The notes under the pieces are model-generated. The model saw only the letters and a program-made list of their open reading frames with translations, ran no database searches and was not told the DNA's origin. Shown in pieces: positions 10,506 to 17,985 of a DNA stretch of 64,000 bases (the first letter of the stretch is position 1; each line of letters starts with the position of its first letter). The DNA is taken from the IMG/VR virus record IMGVR_UViG_3300035502_000313, positions 32,001 to 96,000 of that record. One strand, 5' to 3'. The translations under genes were made by a program, and so were the position numbers. This stretch comes from a virus. Its lineage: Duplodnaviria > Caudoviricetes.

Positions 10506-11225
10506 TTACTTTTCTATTCTTTTCTTTTTCATAGATAGAGTATATGGAGTCATATAATCTTCTTCTAGTAAGTTGGACATAATACCAGAACCAATTAAAT
10601 ATACATCCACTGTATTTCTAGCAGTCTGAGAAGACTTACTACTTTCTAAATCTTTTAATGATACTTGACCAGTTGTATTAATCTGATTATACATTTTATT
10701 TTTAGCTTCCATATCATCAGCTTTAGCTCTTGTAAACTCTTTTATAGTACAATCCATATTCTGTAATACAAGTGTTTCTAATTCACGGTCAGATTCAACA
10801 CCCTTTGAATTACCAACAATCGCACCAGTCTTAGGATTACGTACATTAATATCTGTATTATAACCAGACTTCTTAGTTATAATCTGTTTAAGCTTTTTCA
10901 GATTAAGATATCCTACCATAGCTTCATTATTTGAAGTTACTGGAACACCATCTGAATTTGTATAAATACTTGGTAGATTAACTTTTTCTAATACTGGTAC
11001 ATTAATGGACTTAAGTGCCTTTATACACTTATCTGGATTAAGTTCTCTTTCAAATGCAGTAGTCTGTAGTCTAAATGGAAGTCTTCTTTTACAGAATTCC
11101 ATAAACTGTTGATCAGACATCTTAGCAAACATTTCTTTATAAAAATTTGAATTAGCCTTAGTTGGATCTATAGCATCAAAAAATTTATATATTAATGCCT
11201 CTGCTTTTTTACGCTGTGCTGTCAT
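10506..11225 (-). CDS. RNA polymerase beta subunit, short extreme C-terminal part (virion RNAP type)
   Basis: VGYLNLKKLKQIITKKS...RNPKTG...SDRELETL aligns by eye with beta GYMYMLKLxH..DK...GQRFGEMEVWAL; late-type promoter at 11255-11266. Confidence 0.72.
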   Translation of the reverse strand: MTAQRKKAEALIYKFFDAIDPTKANSNFYKEMFAKMSDQQFMEFCKRRLPFRLQTTAFERELNPDKCIKALKSINVPVLEKVNLPSIYTNSDGVPVTSNNEAMVGYLNLKKLKQIITKKSGYNTDINVRNPKTGAIVGNSKGVESDRELETLVLQNMDCTIKEFTRAKADDMEAKNKMYNQINTTGQVSLKDLESSKSSQTARNTVDVYLIGSGIMSNLLEEDYMTPYTLSMKKKRIEK

Positions 11226-11285
11226 AAAACTATGTTCCTCCTTACATATTATATTATAAAGATGTTAAACTCAAGTGTTTGTAAT

Positions 11286-11351
11286 ATATATTATATTAGT
11301 AATAGGATACAGAAATCTGTTATAAAGACCACGTCCTATTGGAGGTATATT
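11286..11351 (+). promoter_or_regulatory. early-type promoter plus structured leader, family B
   Basis: TATATTAT, then an AATAGGA...TCCTATT stem enclosing ACAGA/TCTGT, ending at GGAGG; near-identical copy at 31723-31791 (minus). Confidence 0.7.
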
Positions 11352-11621
11352 ATGACTACACTTACAAAAGAACAGCTTATTGAAGAGCTCAAGGATATTA
11401 AGAATTCAGATATGCTTGAGTTCGTAGATGAAACAAAGGAGGTCAAAGCTCTCACATGGAATGGCGAGAGCTTTTTCGACCAGATTTCCAGAAGGATTTT
11501 CCTTCTGGAATCCGTATATGGAATTACCAGGGAGGAGCTCAATCAGATTTTCAAATTTGAAAATCTGAGAAGATTTCTCCCTGCCGAGGCAAGGGGTAGA
11601 AAACTCGTTCTCGGATATTAA
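11352..11621 (+). CDS. hypothetical early protein (89 aa)
   Basis: ATG at 11352 behind GGAGG; followed by a terminator. Confidence 0.75.
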   Translation: MTTLTKEQLIEELKDIKNSDMLEFVDETKEVKALTWNGESFFDQISRRIFLLESVYGITREELNQIFKFENLRRFLPAEARGRKLVLGY

Positions 11622-11624
11622 TAA

Positions 11625-11663
11625 AAAGAACAAGACTGTCGGGAGACAGGCTTTTCTTTTTTT
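11625..11663 (+). terminator. intrinsic terminator
   Basis: AAGACTGTC-GGGA-GACAGGCTT plus T-tract; nearly the same as the terminator at 12917-12953. Confidence 0.75.
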
Positions 11664-11675
11664 AACATCACTATA
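11664..11675 (+). promoter_or_regulatory. late-type promoter AACA-N6-TA
   Basis: AACA-TCACTA-TA ~30 nt upstream of the protease ATG; matches the AR9 non-virion RNAP late promoter consensus. Confidence 0.65.
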
Positions 11676-11705
11676 ATAATATATTCTTTAAGGAGGTATA
11701 TAACG

Positions 11706-12539
11706 ATGAATAATCAAGTTATTGGAAGTATTATTCTTGAAGCTGCATCTAATCCAATTGATTTGAATGTTATTGCTGAAAATAATGGTAAAGTTGAAGC
11801 TACAGGTATTATTCAGGATGCTGATGTAGAAAACAGAAATGGACGTATCTATGAAGAGAAAGATTTAAAGCCTGAGGTTTATTCAGATAGAATTCAGAAA
11901 GAACTTATTCCTACTGGTAATATGAGAGGACATGATGGTCACCCATCTTCTTCTGAACTTTCTGTACAGTCTGTTATTGATCCTAAGTTATGCTCTGTTC
12001 AATTCACTAAGATTTGGATGGAAGGTAAAGATATCCATGCTAACTTTAAGGGTACTAACAATGACCTAGGAAGAGCTTTTAATGCTGATCTTCTTGAGGG
12101 TTGCAAACCATCTTTCTCTTTAAGAGCTTTAGGTTCTGTAGATAGAGAAAGAAATGGTAAGTGCTATGTAAGAAATATCAGAATCATTACATGGGATAGA
12201 GTTATTTTCCCTTCTCATAAGAGAGCATATACAACTGGTTTTGTATCACCTAAGAACGAGGGTGCTATTACTGAATCAGCACAAATGTATAATACTCAAG
12301 CTATTAATGAGAACGGTATTCTTATTCCTATTGTGAATAAACAGGTAGTAGACTATATAAAGACTGAGTCTGCTAATGTAAAGAGTATTGTAAATACATT
12401 CGATACATTATATGAATCTGCTATTATTTGTAATGGTGGTAAGAATGTTCAACTTCAGACAACTGATGGTGATAGAATCCTTATAAATCTTGAACAGTAT
12501 ATTCAGGATGAGATTATGAATTATTGTTATAATAACTAA
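11706..12539 (+). CDS. prohead core protease (T4 gp21-like)
   Basis: GIIQDAD.ENRNGRIY, GHDGHP, SFSLRALGSV, ITWDRVIFPS motifs. Confidence 0.88.
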   Translation: MNNQVIGSIILEAASNPIDLNVIAENNGKVEATGIIQDADVENRNGRIYEEKDLKPEVYSDRIQKELIPTGNMRGHDGHPSSSELSVQSVIDPKLCSVQFTKIWMEGKDIHANFKGTNNDLGRAFNADLLEGCKPSFSLRALGSVDRERNGKCYVRNIRIITWDRVIFPSHKRAYTTGFVSPKNEGAITESAQMYNTQAINENGILIPIVNKQVVDYIKTESANVKSIVNTFDTLYESAIICNGGKNVQLQTTDGDRILINLEQYIQDEIMNYCYNN

Positions 12540-12544
12540 CCTAT

Positions 12545-12571
12545 TCCAAGATAGCATTTAGCTATCTTGGA
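12545..12571 (+). terminator. terminator hairpin
   Basis: TCCAAGATAGC/GCTATCTTGGA stem followed by TTTT. Confidence 0.7.
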
Positions 12572-12613
12572 TTTTCTATGTTATCCTTATTTGCAAAAGT
12601 TATATATAATATT

Positions 12614-12953
12614 AGTGAGTAGAAGATAAATTATAAGATTTATCCTTAGAAAAGCTACTTTTAGTCTGGATGCTGGAATCTTTTATAGAGTAGGCAGTAG
12701 GTAGAGCAAGATTACTGAGAAATCATTGTACTGTAAAAGTATTTTTGCACGTTTTCCAGTAGAACAGGCAATTGTAGAGTAACGCAATTCTGGAAATGGT
12801 TATTTATGTGCAATTCCCTATATATAATAATGGGAATGTGCATTTTTTACCAATATAAAAAAAGTTCCAGATTTGCGTTGCTGGGACTGGACTTATGATT
12901 TTGATATTCCATTTTGAAAAAGAAAGACTGTCGTGAGATAGGCTTTCTTTTTT
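12614..12953 (+). ncRNA. candidate ~340-nt structured non-coding RNA
   Basis: Early-type promoter at 12603-12611, family-A 5' motif, at least three further stem-loops, terminator at 12917-12953, no RBS-led ORF. Confidence 0.6.
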
Positions 12954-13001
12954 GTCTTATTAGAGCAACTTTTTAATAAATGAAAGGAGATGATACCTAA
13001 C

Positions 13002-14198
13002 ATGGCTAATGGAAACAATAACATGAATATTACAGAAGTTATTGATAAAGAGATTTTACCGATTGTTTCTAATACTCTTTCTAAATCTTTGAGTAAATAC
13101 AAATCTTTAATGAGTAAGTTTATGAACACTAGGTCAACATCTCTCTATGATACTTTCCCTGCCACACGTTGTACATACGGACAACAGGATGCTGATGAAT
13201 TGTATGCTGTATTTGGTAAGTCTGAAAAAGAACTTCAGGAAATTATAAATAAGACATACTATTCTCAAATTCCAAACTTCAATCCAAGAACTGCTAAGAA
13301 TCCAGTAACAGTTCTATCTATCTGTATTATTAAGTATTTCTTAAGTAAGAATGATAAAAAGAATCTTGATGTAGCTATTATTTATATGTCATTTACTGGT
13401 GGATTCTATCCATCTATTCACTATGGTTCTTATCCTTCTGCTGTACCTGCAGATTATAGATGGGTATGTGACTATGTAGTAAATAATGAATTGTCTAATA
13501 AGTTTGACCTTAAGAAAACTGGTTCTGTTATTGGAACTGTTCAATCTATTGGTGCTACTTGGGTAGATGCATATAAAGATAGATTAAAAGGAAAAACAGA
13601 TGATGAAGAATATGTCTATGTAATACAACAGTTACATATGCGTATTAAATCATTCATTCAAAACACTGCTGAGATATATTATAAGTGTTATCAGAATAAA
13701 GAGTATCTTACATATGATAGTGATGATATGTCTGAAGATAATTTTAGACTTACTGAAAATGATAGTACAAAAATCGATGCAATTACAAATAGAACCATGA
13801 CTTGGATTACTACACATGATATAGATTATCGTTTATGTAAGATGTGTGCAGACTCTAACGTTAAAACAGAAGAGATTAAATCTATTATAGAATCTATTGT
13901 AAAGAATACTGATAATATAGATACTGTAAGAGAACTTGTATCTCTAATCATTGCTAACTATTTCAAAGCTAGTAAGAATAAAGACGTTAGAGATATAGAG
14001 TTTATTTCTTTCTCTATTAAAGCTAAACCTAATACAAAAGATAAGGATGTATTACGACAGAATCAAATCGTTGATACATTCTTATGTGAGAATAGTATTG
14101 CTTATAATAGACGTAAAAGTCGTGAAGCTACTAAGAATAGCTATAATAGAGCTGTTTTAACATATTTCGTATTAATCATAAACCAATCAAATAAATAA
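13002..14198 (+). CDS. hypothetical protein (late-type promoter)
   Basis: ~400-aa ORF with RBS AAAGGAG and AACT-N6-TA at 12967-12978. Confidence 0.8.
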   Translation: MANGNNNMNITEVIDKEILPIVSNTLSKSLSKYKSLMSKFMNTRSTSLYDTFPATRCTYGQQDADELYAVFGKSEKELQEIINKTYYSQIPNFNPRTAKNPVTVLSICIIKYFLSKNDKKNLDVAIIYMSFTGGFYPSIHYGSYPSAVPADYRWVCDYVVNNELSNKFDLKKTGSVIGTVQSIGATWVDAYKDRLKGKTDDEEYVYVIQQLHMRIKSFIQNTAEIYYKCYQNKEYLTYDSDDMSEDNFRLTENDSTKIDAITNRTMTWITTHDIDYRLCKMCADSNVKTEEIKSIIESIVKNTDNIDTVRELVSLIIANYFKASKNKDVRDIEFISFSIKAKPNTKDKDVLRQNQIVDTFLCENSIAYNRRKSREATKNSYNRAVLTYFVLIINQSNK

Positions 14199-14217
14199 TA
14201 TAAAGGAGGTTCTTAAA

Positions 14218-15003
14218 ATGAACGAATGGAACAATTTACTTTTTCTGAATGAAGCCGATGATGAAGAAGAGAAAAAGTCTAAAGACGATGATAAGAAAGA
14301 AGAAGATAAAAAAGAATCGGAAAAGAAAGATGACGAAAAAGATTCTGATGATGAATATAACGATCTTATGGGTGATGATGATGAGTATAATGACCTTATG
14401 GGAGACGACGATGATGTATCAGATGATAGTGAAGATTCTGATGAAGGAGACTATAACACTTTATTAGTTGTACAGACAGATTCAGACTCTGATTCTGATG
14501 GTGGATTATATGAGAAAGCTGCTAAAGCTGCATATGCTTTTGTTGTTATCTCTAATAATATGAAGCATGTACATTTGAATGTATGTGGAGAAAAGTTTGA
14601 AGAGGTTCATAGATTATGTGATGAGTTATATAATCATTTTGCTTATACCGCAGACACATATTATGAACTTGCTGCTGAATCTCCTCTTATTACTCTTGAT
14701 AATCCTACAAGAGCTAAAGAACATTGTGAAGATATTTCTGTTGAGATGGAAAGAGAATATAACTTTAGACAAGCTCTTGAAGTTATCACAAGTAATATAG
14801 ATCTAGGAATCAAGTATCTAAGTGATTTAAGAGATGCTTCTGATACTAGAAAAGATATCCAATCCAAAGTCGATGAAGAAATAGGTTATCTTAACAAGCA
14901 GTCTAGATACTTTATTCGTAAAAGACTTTGTGGATATGATTCAGAAACAGTTAAGGATAAGGTTGAACTTGAATCTTATGATTATTATAACGATATACTG
15001 TAA
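14218..15003 (+). CDS. Dps/ferritin-like protein with acidic N-terminal extension
   Basis: HVHLNVCGEKFEEVHRLCDELY...ADTYYE resembles Dps HWNVxG..F..lH..feElY...D.iaE; D/E/K-rich N-terminus with a DDEYNDLMG repeat. Confidence 0.7.
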   Translation: MNEWNNLLFLNEADDEEEKKSKDDDKKEEDKKESEKKDDEKDSDDEYNDLMGDDDEYNDLMGDDDDVSDDSEDSDEGDYNTLLVVQTDSDSDSDGGLYEKAAKAAYAFVVISNNMKHVHLNVCGEKFEEVHRLCDELYNHFAYTADTYYELAAESPLITLDNPTRAKEHCEDISVEMEREYNFRQALEVITSNIDLGIKYLSDLRDASDTRKDIQSKVDEEIGYLNKQSRYFIRKRLCGYDSETVKDKVELESYDYYNDIL

Positions 15004-15013
15004 AATAATAAAA

Positions 15014-15039
15014 GCCCCTGAGGAGATTAATCCTCAGGG
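15014..15039. terminator. bidirectional terminator between convergent genes
   Basis: CCCCTGAGGA/TCCTCAGGGG stem. Confidence 0.65.
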
Positions 15040-15317
15040 GTGTTATCTATAACAAGTGATTTTAATCTTCTTTTTACTTCTTCGATACAACTTCCAATAG
15101 AATCTGCATCGTCTTTCAATGATATTTCAAATTCAACGTTTACGGAATCACTTGAAAATGATAATGAAGTTATCTGGTTTAATGTAAGCCCATACTCTTT
15201 ATTAACAACAGTAGTTATCACATCATCAATCTCAATTGTCAAATCAAGCACTTTCTTCAAATGTGATATCTTAGAAATATCTAATGCAATAACTACTTTT
15301 ATATATTCCTTATTCAA
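15027..15317 (-). CDS. hypothetical protein
   Basis: 96-aa ORF overlapping the upstream stop codon. Confidence 0.65.
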   Translation of the reverse strand: MNKEYIKVVIALDISKISHLKKVLDLTIEIDDVITTVVNKEYGLTLNQITSLSFSSDSVNVEFEISLKDDADSIGSCIEEVKRRLKSLVIDNTPED

Positions 15318-15840
15318 GTCCAGTCCACTTAGGGCAAGGAGAACTTACCTTAAGTCCTTCATGTGCAGGAATAGTTGTTTCATTTTTTTCATAACGAGCA
15401 GAGCCATCTTCATTTACACCAGTCTTCATTGGGAACTTCTTCTGTGTTTCAGGGATTTCCTTAAGCTGAATTGAAATATCAGACTTCTCAGTAGCACCGA
15501 GATTAATCTTTCTTCCAGTTCTAAGTGCACAGTTAAAGAAATCTTTAGACAGATTTACCATAGTAGATGCATCGGATTTCTTAACTTCATAATTGTTAAC
15601 AATTGCAGCAGCTTCAACTTTCGGCATCTTAGTTGTTGAAGAAATAATTCCTGCAACCATCTCTCTATAGTCCGATGCAGGACAATGTGTTTCATGAGAA
15701 GAATAATCTCTAACGATAAAATCTCTATCGTTTAACATAGCTCTCATAACAGCTTCTTCGTCACGTCTTGATGCAGATTTCTGTTTCAGATTATCCTTGA
15801 TATCCTGAATCAGTTCCTGAACATTTGTATTGTTTTCCAT
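15310..15840 (-). CDS. hypothetical protein, possible HU/IHF-like DNA-binding protein
   Basis: RBS AGGAGG. C-terminal half (ALRTGRKINLG...IQLKEIPE...TTIPAHEGLKV) loosely resembles the HU beta-arm region. Confidence 0.55.
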   Translation of the reverse strand: MENNTNVQELIQDIKDNLKQKSASRRDEEAVMRAMLNDRDFIVRDYSSHETHCPASDYREMVAGIISSTTKMPKVEAAAIVNNYEVKKSDASTMVNLSKDFFNCALRTGRKINLGATEKSDISIQLKEIPETQKKFPMKTGVNEDGSARYEKNETTIPAHEGLKVSSPCPKWTGLE

Positions 15841-15879
15841 TGTAAATTCCTCCTAAAAGATAAAATTTTATATGTTAAA

Positions 15880-16047
15880 TCATTTATTCTTGGGATTGAT
15901 ATTTTCCCAATGAAAAATGAATAACTTGTCATTTGAATTGTTTTTACCATTTTCTTTAATGTAATTTTGTATATCCTCGTCTGACATACTAGAAAGTTTA
16001 TCTATAAAGTCTTGCTTAACATCTTCGTTTATTTTAGATTTAGCCAT
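15880..16047 (-). CDS. small hypothetical protein (55 aa, MAKSKINEDVKQDFIDKLSSMSDEDIQ...)
   Basis: RBS GGAGG; AACA-N6-TA promoter at 16087-16098 (minus). Confidence 0.65.
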   Translation of the reverse strand: MAKSKINEDVKQDFIDKLSSMSDEDIQNYIKENGKNNSNDKLFIFHWENINPKNK

Positions 16048-16164
16048 TTATAACTACCTCCAGCTAACGTATTAGGTTATCTCATTTATATTTATGTTTC
16101 TGGTGTAGTAAAAAACATACGTATTACGTTTTTTAACATTAGTATAAAAGGAGGCTTGGTATGT

Positions 16165-16941
16165 ATGATTACAGAAAATTCTATGATGAGTATACAGCCT
16201 AATGAAGTTGACGTTGTTAAGATACCTAAAGACATTCCAGTTATGGATATTGATGAGTATGATTTGCTCGATGATAAGGATAGAGAAAGATATATAACTG
16301 ATTTAGAAAGACATGTTAGATCTTCTTATGAATACAAAGCAATGGTTCAATATCTAAGAGAATATATGAATATGAACTCTTGTGCTTTTATTCCAGAAGT
16401 TACAAATGAGACAAGTAGAAAGATCAGAATTGAATTACATCATTCTCCATTCACATTAAGAGATATATGTGTTACTATTGTTAACAAGAGATCTAGAAAT
16501 AACGAACCTCTTACAATAGAATCTGTAGCATATGAAGTAATGTTTGTACATTACTCTTTAATGGTTGGATTGATTCCTTTATCTGAAACAGTACATCAGT
16601 TAGTACATTCTCAATATATATTCGTTCCTACAGATAAGGTATACGGATATTATAAGAATTTTGTAAAAGCTTATTATGATTATATGGATCCTGAATTATT
16701 AGATAGACTTGATGAACTTGAAAAGCTTACTAAAGAAGGTACATATAATGATTCATATAAAGAAGTTCTTGAGAAGAAGTATATTACTGTAAATATGGAA
16801 GGTAATAATCAGTTTGAACAACTTCATGATTTACAGAAAATACTAAAAGAAAAAATGAGTGAGTTAAGAGGAGATGCTAAAGAAACTCCTAATAAAGATT
16901 TCACTAATTCTCCATTACTACACCCACAAAATATTCAATAA
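16165..16941 (+). CDS. HNH-like fold protein, paralog of 58152-58889
   Basis: R.S.EYK...C...IELHH.PFTL.DI...LIPLSETVHQLVH; late promoter at 16135-16146. Confidence 0.6.
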   Translation: MITENSMMSIQPNEVDVVKIPKDIPVMDIDEYDLLDDKDRERYITDLERHVRSSYEYKAMVQYLREYMNMNSCAFIPEVTNETSRKIRIELHHSPFTLRDICVTIVNKRSRNNEPLTIESVAYEVMFVHYSLMVGLIPLSETVHQLVHSQYIFVPTDKVYGYYKNFVKAYYDYMDPELLDRLDELEKLTKEGTYNDSYKEVLEKKYITVNMEGNNQFEQLHDLQKILKEKMSELRGDAKETPNKDFTNSPLLHPQNIQ

Positions 16942-16950
16942 AAGAGAGAG

Positions 16951-16978
16951 TCTCCTAGCAGCAAAATACTGCTAGGAG
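16951..16978. terminator. bidirectional terminator hairpin
   Basis: TCTCCTAGCAG/CTGCTAGGAGA stem between convergent units. Confidence 0.65.
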
Positions 16979-17057
16979 AGTTCAAGTACATATCAATCAT
17001 ATACCTAATGAAAGGAGACATATATGACCAGATAGTCGGACAATAACTATCTGGTAT

Positions 17058-17133
17058 TGGTTGGGATAGTTGGATTCGAACCAACGGAATTATAGAGTCA
17101 AAGTCTACTGTCTTACCACTTGACGATATCCCA
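17058..17133 (-). tRNA. tRNA-Gln (anticodon TTG), CCA encoded
   Basis: Reverse complement reads TGGGATA TC GTC AAGTGGTAA GAC A GTAGA CT-TTG-AC TCTAT ... GTTGG TTCGAAT CCAAC TATCCCA A CCA. Promoter AACT-N6-TA at 17143-17154. Confidence 0.95.
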
Positions 17134-17200
17134 ATATCGTATTACTTTAAAGTTAGTATTATTATAAAAAATAACGGGCGACTATACACCCGTTATTTCT

Positions 17201-17608
17201 TTAACCATTCATACTAGATAAAGTAAGTCTTGTTACTTCACCAATACGAATATTACCGTCTTCAGTATCATAGAAATATCCGTTAATTTTTATAACTGGA
17301 TTATCTATTTTACAACAAGTCAATGCATCTATGAATTCTATTTCTAGTGCATTATGACCATTATCGTTCTTTATATATCTTACTATCTTTGCTATTATCT
17401 TATCATCGATATCAGCATATTCAGATTTATGAATACTATCCTTCTTTCTAGATTCATATATAGGATATATTCCATTATTTACCTTTTTAAGATTATTAAA
17501 TATCTCATTATGCATTTCGTTGAAATTTGTAATAATCTTACCATTTAGCAGGTATTGCATATTATCTGGATTTACAAAGAACGGAACAATTTTTGTTGCT
17601 TCTTTCAT
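17201..17608 (-). CDS. hypothetical protein
   Basis: ATG at 17608 behind AAGGAG; hairpin terminator at 17171-17197. Confidence 0.7.
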   Translation of the reverse strand: MKEATKIVPFFVNPDNMQYLLNGKIITNFNEMHNEIFNNLKKVNNGIYPIYESRKKDSIHKSEYADIDDKIIAKIVRYIKNDNGHNALEIEFIDALTCCKIDNPVIKINGYFYDTEDGNIRIGEVTRLTLSSMNG

Positions 17609-17984
17609 TATACTTATACTCCTTCTTTTTGTATTTCTTAACATAGTCTTCAAACAATGACAGATATCTTGTTTGTCGTTTACCCTTTACATTTACTAGG
17701 TTGTTACTATTCTTTATATAGAAATAAACGACATCTATATCATTGTTCTTATCCACTTTATATAGCAGTCTAACTTGGATTCTATTACTCTGTGATTTAT
17801 AGACATAAAAGTCATTATCCACAATATCATGAATAATAGTGCCATCACCAAATAAATTGGTGATGGCAATATTCTGTTCTTTATAATATGAATAACGATC
17901 TTCTAGTTTAGTAATACAATCATTGACTGCTTTTCGAGTACTAGGATTTAGTTTCCTATACTCTTTACATTCATCAATCATCAT
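17562..17984 (-). CDS. RelE/ParE-superfamily-like protein
   Basis: N-terminal helices (YRKLNPSTRKAVNDCITKL), then FYVYK...RIQVRLLY...IDVVYFYIK, the RelE/HigB-type strand pattern. Confidence 0.5.
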   Translation of the reverse strand: MMIDECKEYRKLNPSTRKAVNDCITKLEDRYSYYKEQNIAITNLFGDGTIIHDIVDNDFYVYKSQSNRIQVRLLYKVDKNNDIDVVYFYIKNSNNLVNVKGKRQTRYLSLFEDYVKKYKKKEYKYNERSNKNCSVLCKSR

Positions 17985-17985
17985 A

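Noticed and set aside
12893-13129. Minus-strand 78-aa ORF overlapping the candidate ncRNA end
   Set aside because: No RBS; it overlaps a terminator, a promoter and the start of a real plus-strand gene.
17011-17035. Strong RBS + ATG on the plus strand as a gene start
   Set aside because: The frame closes after three codons (ATG ACC AGA TAG); reported instead as a possible antisense element.
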